DNA from: an uncultured Dehalococcoidia bacterium | GTDB lineage: Bacteria; Chloroflexota; Dehalococcoidia; DSTF01; JALHUB01 | Direction of reading: 5' to 3' | NCBI GenBank assembly: GCA_964609475.1 | Contig: CAZSRY010000001.1 | Span: 1 to 41,997 of the forward strand | Length of the DNA stretch: 41,997 nucleotides | The notes under the pieces: model-generated | What the model was told of the DNA's origin: nothing | The model's database searches: none | Seen by the model: the letters and a program-made list of their open reading frames with translations, nothing else | Shown here: in pieces, positions 8,564-16,873 of the stretch | Layout: each line of letters opens with the position of its first letter | Numbering within the stretch: position 1 is the stretch's first letter | Program-made: the position numbers and the translations under genes

Positions 8564-8593
8564 TTGCCCGTTGCCGTGGCCCAACACTAGAAT
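8564..8593 (+). promoter_or_regulatory. sigma-70-like promoter for the PIG-L deacetylase gene
   Basis: TTGCCC (8564-8569) - 18 nt - TAGAAT (8588-8593). Confidence 0.4.
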
Positions 8594-8626
8594 ACGGATA
8601 GACGGCATTCTGCAGGAATCGAGACG

Positions 8627-9340
8627 GTGGACATGACAGAAAGAGAGAACGCTGAGACTAAGCGGGCCCTGGCCGTGGCGGCCCACCCCGACGACACTGA
8701 GTTCGGCTGCGCTGGCACCGCCGCCCTCTGGTCGCAGCAGGGGTGGGAGTTCTACTATCTCATCTGCACCAACGGCAACAAGGGCAGCGACGACCCGAAC
8801 ATGACCCCGGACAAGCTGGCTCCCATACGACAGCGAGAGCAGAGGGCGGCCGCCGGCGCTGTCGGGGTGAAGGACGTCTTCTTCTTGGGCTACGAGGATG
8901 GGGAACTAGCCTACAGCCGCCAGCTCCTGGGCGACGTCGTACGCTACATCCGCCAGATCCGGCCCCATGCTGTCTTTACCCATGACCCGGAATCAATAAT
9001 CATCCGCGATAGCTTCATCAACCACTCCGACCACCGTTGCGCCGGCCTGGTGACCATCGACGCCGTGTATCCCGCCGCCCGCGACCGCTGGAACTTCCCC
9101 GAGCACATCGAGCAGGGGCTGCAACCGCACCGGGTGAAGGAGCTCTACATCTGGTCGTTTGACAAGGCCAACTTCGCCGTCGATATCACCGACGTGCTGG
9201 ACCTGAAGCTCCAGGCCCTTGCTCAGCACAAGAGCCAGTTCGGCGACAACCCCGAATTCCTCCGCTACGTCCGCGAGCGCTGGCGCAACGAGGAGGGGCG
9301 CCACCTCGAGCAGTTCCGCCGGATAACCTTGGCCCGCTGA
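8627..9340 (+). CDS. PIG-L/LmbE family N-acetylglucosaminyl deacetylase (BshB/MshB-like)
   Basis: 237 aa: AVAAHPDDTEFGCAGT (AHPDD motif), HSDHR. GTG start at 8627; ATG 8633 is an alternative. Confidence 0.8.
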   Translation: MDMTERENAETKRALAVAAHPDDTEFGCAGTAALWSQQGWEFYYLICTNGNKGSDDPNMTPDKLAPIRQREQRAAAGAVGVKDVFFLGYEDGELAYSRQLLGDVVRYIRQIRPHAVFTHDPESIIIRDSFINHSDHRCAGLVTIDAVYPAARDRWNFPEHIEQGLQPHRVKELYIWSFDKANFAVDITDVLDLKLQALAQHKSQFGDNPEFLRYVRERWRNEEGRHLEQFRRITLAR

Positions 9341-9462
9341 GCTGGGGCTTCTGAGCCCCGCCAGAGCGTGAGCCCCAGCCGCCTACATAGCAGGGCAGCC
9401 TCGCCGATCATTGGGATCATTGGAGTGGGTCACCGAGGCCGAGATGGCGGCAGACTGAGGTC

Positions 9463-11397
9463 CTAGCTCTTCCCGCTGAGGATGTGGTCGACTGTCTCCC
9501 TGACCTTGCCCACTCTGAAAGGCTTGGCCAGACAGGGGTTATCGATCCGCTGGAGGAAGTTGCGGGTATCGGCGCTGACAGTGTCGCCGGTGATGAACAC
9601 CGTATGCCTCGCCAACTCAGAGTCCATCTCCTTGACCCGCTGATAGAAGTCCTGCCCGCTCATGCCGGGCATCTTGATATCTGTGATCAGCAGGTCGTAG
9701 CCATGCTTGGCCAGAAACGCCATGGCCTCCGCGCCGCTGCGGGCCGTGTCTACCCTATGGCCATCCGCAGTCAGGATATCGCGTAGCAGTGTCAGGATGC
9801 TTTCCTCGTCGTCCACCACCAGCACCCTCTTATTGATCACAACTGGTTCAATCTCCTTGCTCTCGCGCTTGGGCGGCGAGGGCTCTGGCCCGCGGACAAT
9901 GGGCAGCTCAACGATGAAGGTGGCTCCCTTCTCCGGACGGCTCTCGACACGGATGCGCCCACCATGGTCGTCCACGATGCCGTACGAGATTGTGAGGCCC
10001 AGACCAGTTCCCTGGCCGCCCTCCTTAGTGGTGAAGAAGGGGTCAAAGACACGACGCAGGTTCTCGGGAGGGACACCTACGCCGTCGTCGGTAAGGGACA
10101 AGCGGATGTATCCCTTTTCAGCCCGCGAGCGGGCCTTCAGCTTACCCTGGCCGTGGGCGCTCAGCATGGCGTGCTCGGCGTTGGTGATGATATTGAAGAA
10201 GACCTGCTGGATCTGGTCGGGGTCGGCCATGGTCAGGGGCAGGCGCGGATCAAGGTCAAGCTCCAGTTCGATGTTCTTTACCCGCAGGTCATAGCTGCGT
10301 AGCTCCAGTACCCGCTCCAACAGAGTATTGAGGTTGACCAGTCCCTTCTGAGCCTTGCGACGGCGGGCAAATGAGAGGAGATTCTCCACTATCTTTGCTG
10401 CCCGCTCCGCCTCGCTGTAGATGGTTTCCACGTTCTGTCTTGTCTGCTCATCCAGATCGCGTGCCAGCAGCAACTGCGCGAATCCCGTGACACCTGTGAG
10501 AGGATTGTTCAACTCATGGGCCACGCCAGACACGAGTTGCCCCACGCTGGCCATTTTCTCTGACTGAAGCAGTCGCTCCTGCATCAGATGCTCTTCAGTG
10601 ATGTCTCGCAGGACCAGTACCAGGCCTTCTCCCGCCCCCCGCCCGGCCAGGGGAGCAGCCGTCACCGACAGGTAGCGCTGGCCGTCTTCACCGAAGTTAA
10701 GCTCCTGCCGTTGCCCGGCCTCCTTCTTCCCTAGCGCCTCCCGGGCGAGCCCCGCCAGGGGTGTCTCTTCTAGCTTTACGTCCGTTACCTCGCGGTGTCC
10801 CATCAGACCTGCCAGTAAGTCACGGGCGGCGGTATTCAGGAGGACGGCTTGCATGTCCTGGTCTACTATGATGATGCCGTCCTGAAGGCCGTTCACCAGG
10901 GATTCTAGCCGCGCCCTCTCCGCCAGCCATAGCTCATCCAGGCGCTCCAAGACCGCCGAGGCCTGGTGAGCGGAGGCGTAGATGATCCCGCTCTTCTCGG
11001 GAGGGAATGCGTCCGCCGTAGCCGCTACAACCCGCATGAGCCCCACCACGCGGCCCTGCATTATGATGGGGGCATCAACAGCAGACAACACCGGGCCGCC
11101 CCAAGGCTCCCGTGGGGTTGCTCCTTCTTTGCTGAGTGACTTCACCTGCAAGGGGCCTTTGCCACATCCTTGATGAAGCCCTCCCGAAAACTGCCGAAAA
11201 CTGTCAACTAGCTCCTCAGCTAAGCCTTGGGCGAACCGCTCTTTCAACCGACGCACGGCGAACAGAGTGGGGGTATCCTGGCCGTCCTGGCATAGCACTG
11301 CTGCTACCGCGTCGAATTCCAGAACGGGCTGGAGCGCTCCAAACAGAAGCCGCAACACCTCAGCGTGGCCCAGAACGTCTTCGCTGCGAGCGAACAT
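9463..11397 (-). CDS. hybrid sensor histidine kinase (GAF/PAS-like sensor, HisKA, HATPase_c, C-terminal receiver)
   Basis: 644 aa: H-box VSGVAHELNNPL, N box NIITNAEHAM, DDGVGV, GTGLGL. Receiver: VLVVDDEE...LITDIKMPGMSG...AKP. Confidence 0.9.
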   Translation of the reverse strand: MFARSEDVLGHAEVLRLLFGALQPVLEFDAVAAVLCQDGQDTPTLFAVRRLKERFAQGLAEELVDSFRQFSGGLHQGCGKGPLQVKSLSKEGATPREPWGGPVLSAVDAPIIMQGRVVGLMRVVAATADAFPPEKSGIIYASAHQASAVLERLDELWLAERARLESLVNGLQDGIIIVDQDMQAVLLNTAARDLLAGLMGHREVTDVKLEETPLAGLAREALGKKEAGQRQELNFGEDGQRYLSVTAAPLAGRGAGEGLVLVLRDITEEHLMQERLLQSEKMASVGQLVSGVAHELNNPLTGVTGFAQLLLARDLDEQTRQNVETIYSEAERAAKIVENLLSFARRRKAQKGLVNLNTLLERVLELRSYDLRVKNIELELDLDPRLPLTMADPDQIQQVFFNIITNAEHAMLSAHGQGKLKARSRAEKGYIRLSLTDDGVGVPPENLRRVFDPFFTTKEGGQGTGLGLTISYGIVDDHGGRIRVESRPEKGATFIVELPIVRGPEPSPPKRESKEIEPVVINKRVLVVDDEESILTLLRDILTADGHRVDTARSGAEAMAFLAKHGYDLLITDIKMPGMSGQDFYQRVKEMDSELARHTVFITGDTVSADTRNFLQRIDNPCLAKPFRVGKVRETVDHILSGKS

Positions 11398-12096
11398 CCT
11401 GACCTTCCTCTCGCCTACTGCGCTGGCTTGCTCATCGTCTTCCAGCAGTCCCGCACAACGTCGGACGGTCGGCCGTGCCGGTACACCAGCGTCTCCGCAT
11501 GCCTCTCGTCGCGGGAATGCGCGCGCCGGACATCCCAGAAAGGTTGAAGCCGCCTGGTGGGAGCGACAAGAAGCGCACCCCTGGCGGCAACGATTTGAAG
11601 GCTAGCAGGCTTCTTTGGCGAAGGCACTACCCGACTCCCAATAAAGCAACCCCGGTCAACCGATTCGCGAACCGGCTGTCAATACCCCAGCAGTGCCCCA
11701 GCCCAATACCGCTTTCAGACTGAGTGCCTTCCGACACCCAGGCTGCCAAAGCACGTTAGTAATTTAGCACAGACCTCGGCGGTAGGGCAATGCTGTGTAC
11801 TCGCCCACCACACTGTTGGCCAGGGCAGATACGTCATCTCCCAGGGGAGGCATCAGGTCTCCACCAGCGCGCCCATGGATAGATGCCCAGCACCCCTTAG
11901 AGGGCTAATTCCATGGGCCTAATCGCCTCTGATGTGCTCAGTCGGGAGATCATTTCCCCTAGTTTGGTGCTTATAGGCACCGCAATAAGTGATTCTCCCC
12001 ATATGTAGAACCACCGCAATCGTCGATACTGATTCACGTGCAAGGATGACCTGTGGCGGGGTGATCCATTGATTCACTCAGACTTGGAGGTGCCGA

Positions 12097-12882
12097 GTGC
12101 CTTCCCAAGCCGACGCCACCGCTGCAGGCATCACTACTCTGCCGCCGAAGACTGACCACGAACGACTTCTCCACGAGCTCATCCACGATTACATGCCTCT
12201 AGTACGTCATGTCGTTAATCGTGTGGTCGTGGGAACGAGCGGCTCCTCCATTCTTCAATACGAGGACATGGTGAGCTGCGGAGTACAAGGGCTCATAGAG
12301 GCCTACCACTCGTTCGATCCGACCAAGGGGGCCAAGTTCTCCACTTACGCATTGCCCCGCATTCGAGGCGCCATCCTCGACGCCCTGAGAGCAGTGCACC
12401 CGCTGCCTCGGTCCCTGCAGAAATTCGCCTCAGAGATAGAGAGCGCGACAAGTGCGCTCCACAATGAGCTCGGACGCGCCCCCACCAAAGCTGAACTGGC
12501 CGAGCGGCTTGGCATCCCTTTGCCCCAGTTCCTGACATCTCTGCGCCACTGCAATGTCAAGATAGTGTCGCTGGACAACTTAGCCGACGTGGCCGTCAAC
12601 GGCAACAGTGAAAGGCTCTGCGAAATGGCCGACGAGGATCCTAATATTGACCCCGATCGGGTAGCCCAGCGGACCATGGTCAAGACAAAGCTGCAGGAGG
12701 CAGTCAGCAATCTGCCGGAGCGGGAAAGGATCATCGTTCAGCTCTATTACATCGAGTCGAAGTCACTGAAGAGCATCGGCAAGGCCCTCGGCATCTCAGA
12801 ATCGCGAGCCTCTCAACTACGACAGCGTGCCCTCCGACGCCTGCGGGCAGCGCTGTCGGAAGACATGGAGGAGGCCGCCTAG
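12097..12882 (+). CDS. RNA polymerase sigma factor, group 3, FliA/WhiG (sigma-28)-like
   Basis: 261 aa: region 2 (YMPLVRHVVNRV, EDMVSCGVQGLIEAYHSFDPTKGAKFSTYALPRIRGAILDALR, LPRSLQ), region 3, region 4 (ERERIIVQLYY...SLKSIGKALGISESRASQLRQRALRRLR). GTG start with GGAGG upstream. Sigma-70 family is firm; the subfamily is less so. Confidence 0.8.
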   Translation: MPSQADATAAGITTLPPKTDHERLLHELIHDYMPLVRHVVNRVVVGTSGSSILQYEDMVSCGVQGLIEAYHSFDPTKGAKFSTYALPRIRGAILDALRAVHPLPRSLQKFASEIESATSALHNELGRAPTKAELAERLGIPLPQFLTSLRHCNVKIVSLDNLADVAVNGNSERLCEMADEDPNIDPDRVAQRTMVKTKLQEAVSNLPERERIIVQLYYIESKSLKSIGKALGISESRASQLRQRALRRLRAALSEDMEEAA

Positions 12883-13124
12883 GGAGTCAGCGGGCAGCCA
12901 TCGTCCGGATGACCCTTCTCAGGGATGGAACTACTCCTCTCATCATACACACGAAGCTCCAAGCAAAGGGATATTGGGTAGAAGACAGTGTGCTTACTAG
13001 ACCCAGGGTATGAGGCCCGGGTCTCTGTCTCTGCCAGAGCCATTAGGTGCATCCGCGGGCGCATTTTGGGGCTTCCCCTATAGGAGGAAACACCACAGGC
13101 TGGTTAGCATGAGGGTGGTTCTAC

Positions 13125-14282
13125 ATGACTGAGAAACAAGGCATGCTCAGAATCGGCGTTGCGGGTTGTGGGCCTCGTGGCCAGAGCTATGTGCGTTCCC
13201 TAGCTCAGATCGATCGCGCTCGAATTGTCGCCGCCGGCGATCTGCGCTATCCTCTAGCCCTGGAGATGTCCAGGCTGGTTCCCGACCTGGCCCTGGAGCG
13301 AGACGCCGCAGCCCTCTTCAGCCGCTCCGACCTGGACGCAGTGGTTCTGACAGACCCCGTGGGCGACCTGTTCCCCTCTATAAGGCGAGCCTTGCTATGT
13401 AACAAGCATGTCCTGGCGTCCACCGTCTCCTCCATTTCCAGCCGTCAACTGCAGGAACTGTCACGCTTGGCACGCAGGCGTTCTCGTCTGCTCATGTTTA
13501 CCGAGGAACGCCTCTTCCACCCGGCTCTGGTGTTCCTGAGGCGGATGTTCTCAACAAGAAGCGGCTTGTGGCATCCCTGCTATCTGCGCGCTCTCAGTAT
13601 CCCCGGCGCCAGCCACGGTGACGGCCTCCCCATTGCCGCCCTGGCTGCGGAGGAGCTGGCCCTCTGCGTGCGCCTCCTTGAGGCAAATCCTGTCGCTGTT
13701 AGTGCCATCGCCTATCACACGACTGGCCACGCTGAGCCCGCTGCCGCATTCATAAACCTGAGCTATCCCGAAGGTAAGGTAGCGTCCCTTCAGGTCAGCC
13801 TGACAGAGACCCAGGAGGCGCGACAGTGGGCGTTGGTTACCACTTCAAAGACCATTCTGGTGGACGAATGCGACCTGAGGGCACCCCTTAAGATCACCTC
13901 CCCGAGCTCAGCGCTGGCGGCCGACAGCCTTCTCCGCGCTGATCCCCCAGTCCCTATCTCTGACTGGCCGGGAGAAAGCACCATAACTCCGCCGGTCATG
14001 TCGGTAGATACCAGGGTGGAGCAGTGCCGCCACTTTGTAGAAACGGTGATCAAGCGCGATCTGGATCAAAGCAACGCCTCGTTCTGGGCGGAGGTGGCCT
14101 TGGCATGGGAAGCGGCCCAACAGTCGATGGCCCTTTCGGGAGTGCCCGTGAGCGTGGCCGGAACGTCGGGCAGTGAGATGGAGCAGGCCAGGGGACGCCC
14201 GAAACTAAAGCTTATTCGTGGAAAAGGCGCAGGCAAGATCAGCGGCGATAAGAAACCAGCACTGACCCTGGTCTCCCGCTAA
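13125..14282 (+). CDS. Gfo/Idh/MocA-like oxidoreductase-fold protein with basic C-terminal tail
   Basis: 385 aa: N-terminal Rossmann LRIGVAGCGPRGQSYVRSL...DAVVL...KHVL. The C-terminal ~40 aa is Lys/Arg/Gly rich. Confidence 0.55.
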   Translation: MTEKQGMLRIGVAGCGPRGQSYVRSLAQIDRARIVAAGDLRYPLALEMSRLVPDLALERDAAALFSRSDLDAVVLTDPVGDLFPSIRRALLCNKHVLASTVSSISSRQLQELSRLARRRSRLLMFTEERLFHPALVFLRRMFSTRSGLWHPCYLRALSIPGASHGDGLPIAALAAEELALCVRLLEANPVAVSAIAYHTTGHAEPAAAFINLSYPEGKVASLQVSLTETQEARQWALVTTSKTILVDECDLRAPLKITSPSSALAADSLLRADPPVPISDWPGESTITPPVMSVDTRVEQCRHFVETVIKRDLDQSNASFWAEVALAWEAAQQSMALSGVPVSVAGTSGSEMEQARGRPKLKLIRGKGAGKISGDKKPALTLVSR

Positions 14283-14344
14283 AGCTCTCCGTTTGAACCT
14301 TTGGCTATCTTCGCAGGTGGCTTCAGTGGTACGATTGAAGCTCC

Positions 14345-14569
14345 CTAGCCACCACGCGAGGAGGCACGCGTTGACGTGGAGGATTCTTTGGCGGATCCTT
14401 GGCCGCTGTGGGAGCGGTCACCCTGGCAGAGCTCCTCCCGGAGTATGACGATTTCCTCCGGTGCGCAGATCCCTAGTTTCACTCGGTCTCGCTCTATGCC
14501 CAGGACTCTGACCAAGATGTTTTCCTGAATCACTATTGCCTGATCAATCTTGCGAGTGAGAATAAGCAT
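14345..14569 (-). CDS. csrA: carbon storage regulator CsrA (with ~25-aa C-terminal extension)
   Basis: MLILTRKIDQAIVIQENILVRVLGIERDRVKLGICAPEEIVILREEL. I prefer ATG 14569 (AGGA 6 nt upstream) over the track TTG at 14587. Confidence 0.9.
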   Translation of the reverse strand: MLILTRKIDQAIVIQENILVRVLGIERDRVKLGICAPEEIVILREELCQGDRSHSGQGSAKESSTSTRASSRGG

Positions 14570-14707
14570 CCTTGATCCTGGCAGCAAACGCTCTATTGGT
14601 CTCGCACAAACACCGGTTCGGTAGCTGGCCCCTTGTGTCTATCCCCAGCAGCATTCCCAGCCTTGCCTAACAGTGGGGGCAGTAGCTCGTCCCTGCCCGC
14701 AAGGGGA

Positions 14708-14734
14708 TTATCGGCAGTCGCAACCAAAAGCTCA
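14708..14734 (-). promoter_or_regulatory. candidate sigma-28 (FliA)-type promoter upstream of csrA
   Basis: Minus strand has a perfect -10 octamer GCCGATAA (14715..14708). The -35 tetramer 15 nt upstream is TGAG (14734..14731), only 2/4 to TAAA. About 139 nt upstream of the csrA ATG. Confidence 0.35.
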
Positions 14735-15006
14735 GAGGGATTAGCCCCTAGGCGGCCAAAAATCTATCAGGGGGCTATCTACCAGTTTGTCCAGTTGGGG
14801 ACTCAACCGGCTTGGCTAGCGGGTCAGGCAAGAAAGGCTATGAGGGATGGCGGGGGCCGGCACCCCTCAGGGGTTGGACCCATGCCACCCTACTAGCCAA
14901 GGGGAGAACGTTGTTGAAGGGGTTTCTGCCGAAAGGGGGTGCTTTGACATCTTGTATTGGCTGTAGGAGGTCCCCACTCTCTTGAGGGTCTTCCTCCGCA
15001 GCGCCG

Positions 15007-15306
15007 TCAGAGTTCGATATCCTCGGCAGAGGTTAGCCGCACCGAAGACCTACGCAGAACCTCCTGAGCAGCCTCAGGTGCTCCCACAGAGACGCAATCG
15101 CAATAGGTGGCATAGATGGATTTGTCCAGCAGGCGAATGCCCTCGGAATTCAACTGCCCCTCGTGATTCCTCCGCAGTTGGAGCAGGCGCCGTAGCCGTC
15201 GTAGGTAGATCCCTTGCAGTTCGACACCGAGGCCGTCTAGGCCCAGGCGGGCAGATGCCCACCTCCTGCCACCGCTGTCCCGAGGTTCGACGCTGGATGC
15301 ACTCAT
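15007..15306 (-). CDS. hypothetical protein (99 aa), probably co-transcribed with the response regulator
   Basis: ATG 27 nt after the regulator stop, GGAGGA upstream, G/C-biased third positions and a predicted helical, Arg/Leu-rich sequence. No family recognised. Confidence 0.45.
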   Translation of the reverse strand: MSASSVEPRDSGGRRWASARLGLDGLGVELQGIYLRRLRRLLQLRRNHEGQLNSEGIRLLDKSIYATYCDCVSVGAPEAAQEVLRRSSVRLTSAEDIEL

Positions 15307-15332
15307 TTATGGCCACCAATCCTCCGTGACCC

Positions 15333-16115
15333 TTAGATGGCCTTTCCGGATTCTTCGACTATCAGGTCGGGGGCTGCCTCCAGGCTCACAATGCCCTTCC
15401 GAATGGCATAGCGAATAAGGTCAGTGCGGTTTTGAGCGTGAAGTTTGCTCATGATGTGGGCCTTATGCGCCTCTACTGTCTTGACACTGATAAACAGCTC
15501 CTCAGCGATACGTTGGTTGGAGTAGCCCTCAGCGATAAGCTGAAGGACCTCCCGTTCCCTACTGGTGAGCAGATCGTATCTCGTCTTCCCCTCGCCCTTT
15601 TGGGCCTGCCACAGAAGCTCACTTATGGGAACGGTGTCGGAGATGGCCGAGCTGAAGTAGGTGTTGCCCCGGTGGACCGCCTGGATCCCCAACAGAAGCT
15701 CGGTGACATCTGACTTCTTGACCACGTAGCCGGAGGCACCTGCCCTGAGAGCCCCCAGGATCTGCTCGTCCTCCATGTAGCCAGTGAGAATCAGTACCTT
15801 GGTCTTGGGCGCCCGCTTACGAATCTGACGGGTCGCTTCCAGGCCATTGAGGCCCGGCATGACCATATCCATCAGAACTACATCGGGAAGAAGCTTTTCT
15901 GTGGCCTCCACAGCCTCGCGGCCATTGCCGACATCGCCGATAACCTCCACCTCCTGATGGGCGTCTAGAAGGAGTCGCAGTGCTTGCCGCAGCACCGCAT
16001 GATCGTCGACGATGAGAACCCGAATTCGCCCGCCGCTCGACCGGCTCCAATTAGTTCCTTCAGCTCCGCGGCGTCCCCGCCCCGCTAACGGTCCCTTAGC
16101 TGTTGAGTTCTCCAT
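15333..16115 (-). CDS. NarL/FixJ (LuxR-type) response regulator
   Basis: 260 aa: REC (RVLIVDDHAV, DVVLMDMVMPGLNG, KVLILTGY, KK) plus LuxR HTH (LTSREREVLQLIAEGYSNQRIAEELFISVKTVEAHKAHIMSKL). Gly/Arg-rich ~30-aa N-terminal extension. No cognate kinase adjacent. Confidence 0.9.
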   Translation of the reverse strand: MENSTAKGPLAGRGRRGAEGTNWSRSSGGRIRVLIVDDHAVLRQALRLLLDAHQEVEVIGDVGNGREAVEATEKLLPDVVLMDMVMPGLNGLEATRQIRKRAPKTKVLILTGYMEDEQILGALRAGASGYVVKKSDVTELLLGIQAVHRGNTYFSSAISDTVPISELLWQAQKGEGKTRYDLLTSREREVLQLIAEGYSNQRIAEELFISVKTVEAHKAHIMSKLHAQNRTDLIRYAIRKGIVSLEAAPDLIVEESGKAI

Positions 16116-16188
16116 GCAGCACTCCTTGCCTGATCTCTCGCTAGTTGTCCCTCGGAGACCCGGCTAGTTCCCCCACCAACGGGCGACA

Positions 16189-16217
16189 AATCTAGCATAA
16201 CCATGAGTTATTGGCAA
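16189..16217 (-). promoter_or_regulatory. sigma-70-like promoter for the response regulator operon
   Basis: Minus strand TTGCCA (16217..16212) - 17 nt - TAGATT (16194..16189). Confidence 0.45.
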
Positions 16218-16322
16218 GTAACCCCCGCTGGCCATCAATAAGACGAAAGCCTAATTCGCCCCCAGGAACTAACCTAAGCTCCCCCTCTCCAGTATACCCA
16301 CCCCGCAGATCAGGGACATGAT

Positions 16323-16538
16323 CTACAGGTCTTCTTTGACGGACTCATACAGAGATACCAGCAGCGGCTGACTGCTGGTGGCTAGTTCCTTGTAGTCATC
16401 AAACCGTTCGGCTGTTTCCAGCCGCGCCGGATACTGCCTGGTAGCGCTGCAGAGCTTGCAGACGGCATATATCACTTCATCTCGAGGCTCGCTCAGCACC
16501 CAGTGATGCTGACAGGCTCTGGTCGCTGCCTGTACCAC
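16323..16538 (-). CDS. small zinc-ribbon-like protein (C-x-HHW ... C-x2-C), function unknown
   Basis: 71 aa, GTG start with AGAGGAG 7 nt upstream. Sequence ACQHHWVLSEPRDEVIYAVCKLCSATRQY followed by an acidic tail. Resembles a small CxHHW...CxxC family I recall from GC-rich Terrabacteria genomes (memory only). Confidence 0.55.
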   Translation of the reverse strand: MVQAATRACQHHWVLSEPRDEVIYAVCKLCSATRQYPARLETAERFDDYKELATSSQPLLVSLYESVKEDL

Positions 16539-16873
16539 CTACGGTCTCCTCTCTCACCGCCAGGCTTGTCCCTTGGTGACCTCTCACCCCAGAAGGCTCT
16601 ACCGGCGCCAGCATTCTATCTTTATCAGCAGTACTCCCTCTATCGGGGAAAACCCTTAGATCATCGGCAGAATGCCCGTATTTCCCAAGGTGACCGCCCA
16701 AGCAGCGTAGGGTGAGGGCGGCCGCAATACGCGCCGTTGGCCCTAAGGAAGGCCATCATGAAGAATTAGGGGGAAACTGGATGAGCTAAGGTTTCGGCTT
16801 GCGGTATCTCACCGCATATGACTGAGGGTAAGGGGAATCGTGACCAGCGCCTGAGAGTTCCCGCTTGGCAGGC

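Noticed and set aside
8581-8595. Second, degenerate SOS box (CAACACTAGAAT) upstream of the PIG-L deacetylase gene
   Set aside because: Only about 5/8 match to GAAC-N4-GTTC. The TAGAAT part is better explained as the -10 hexamer of a TTGCCC-N18-TAGAAT promoter.
11415-11627. 70-aa minus-strand ORF immediately upstream of the histidine kinase as a real gene
   Set aside because: No recognisable family and no SD. The N-terminal half has non-coding-like codon usage. Retained only as a possible gene remnant in the spacer finding.
12022-12029. Sigma-28-like -10 (GTCGATAC, 6/8) upstream of the sigma factor gene, suggesting autoregulation. Also near matches GCCGATGA (16668..16661, minus) and CCCGATAG (about 16649..16642, minus) upstream of the CxHHW gene.
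   Set aside because: These are imperfect octamers, and none has a TAAA-like -35 at 15-nt spacing. Matches at this level are expected by chance.
14735-15006. CsrB/RsmZ-like sponge sRNA next to csrA (repeated AAGGGGAUUA / AGAGGGAUUA, several GGA motifs on the plus strand)
   Set aside because: I counted about 7 GGA in ~270-400 nt on each strand, close to the ~5-7 expected from base composition. There is no promoter or terminator framing a discrete transcript. The evidence is insufficient.
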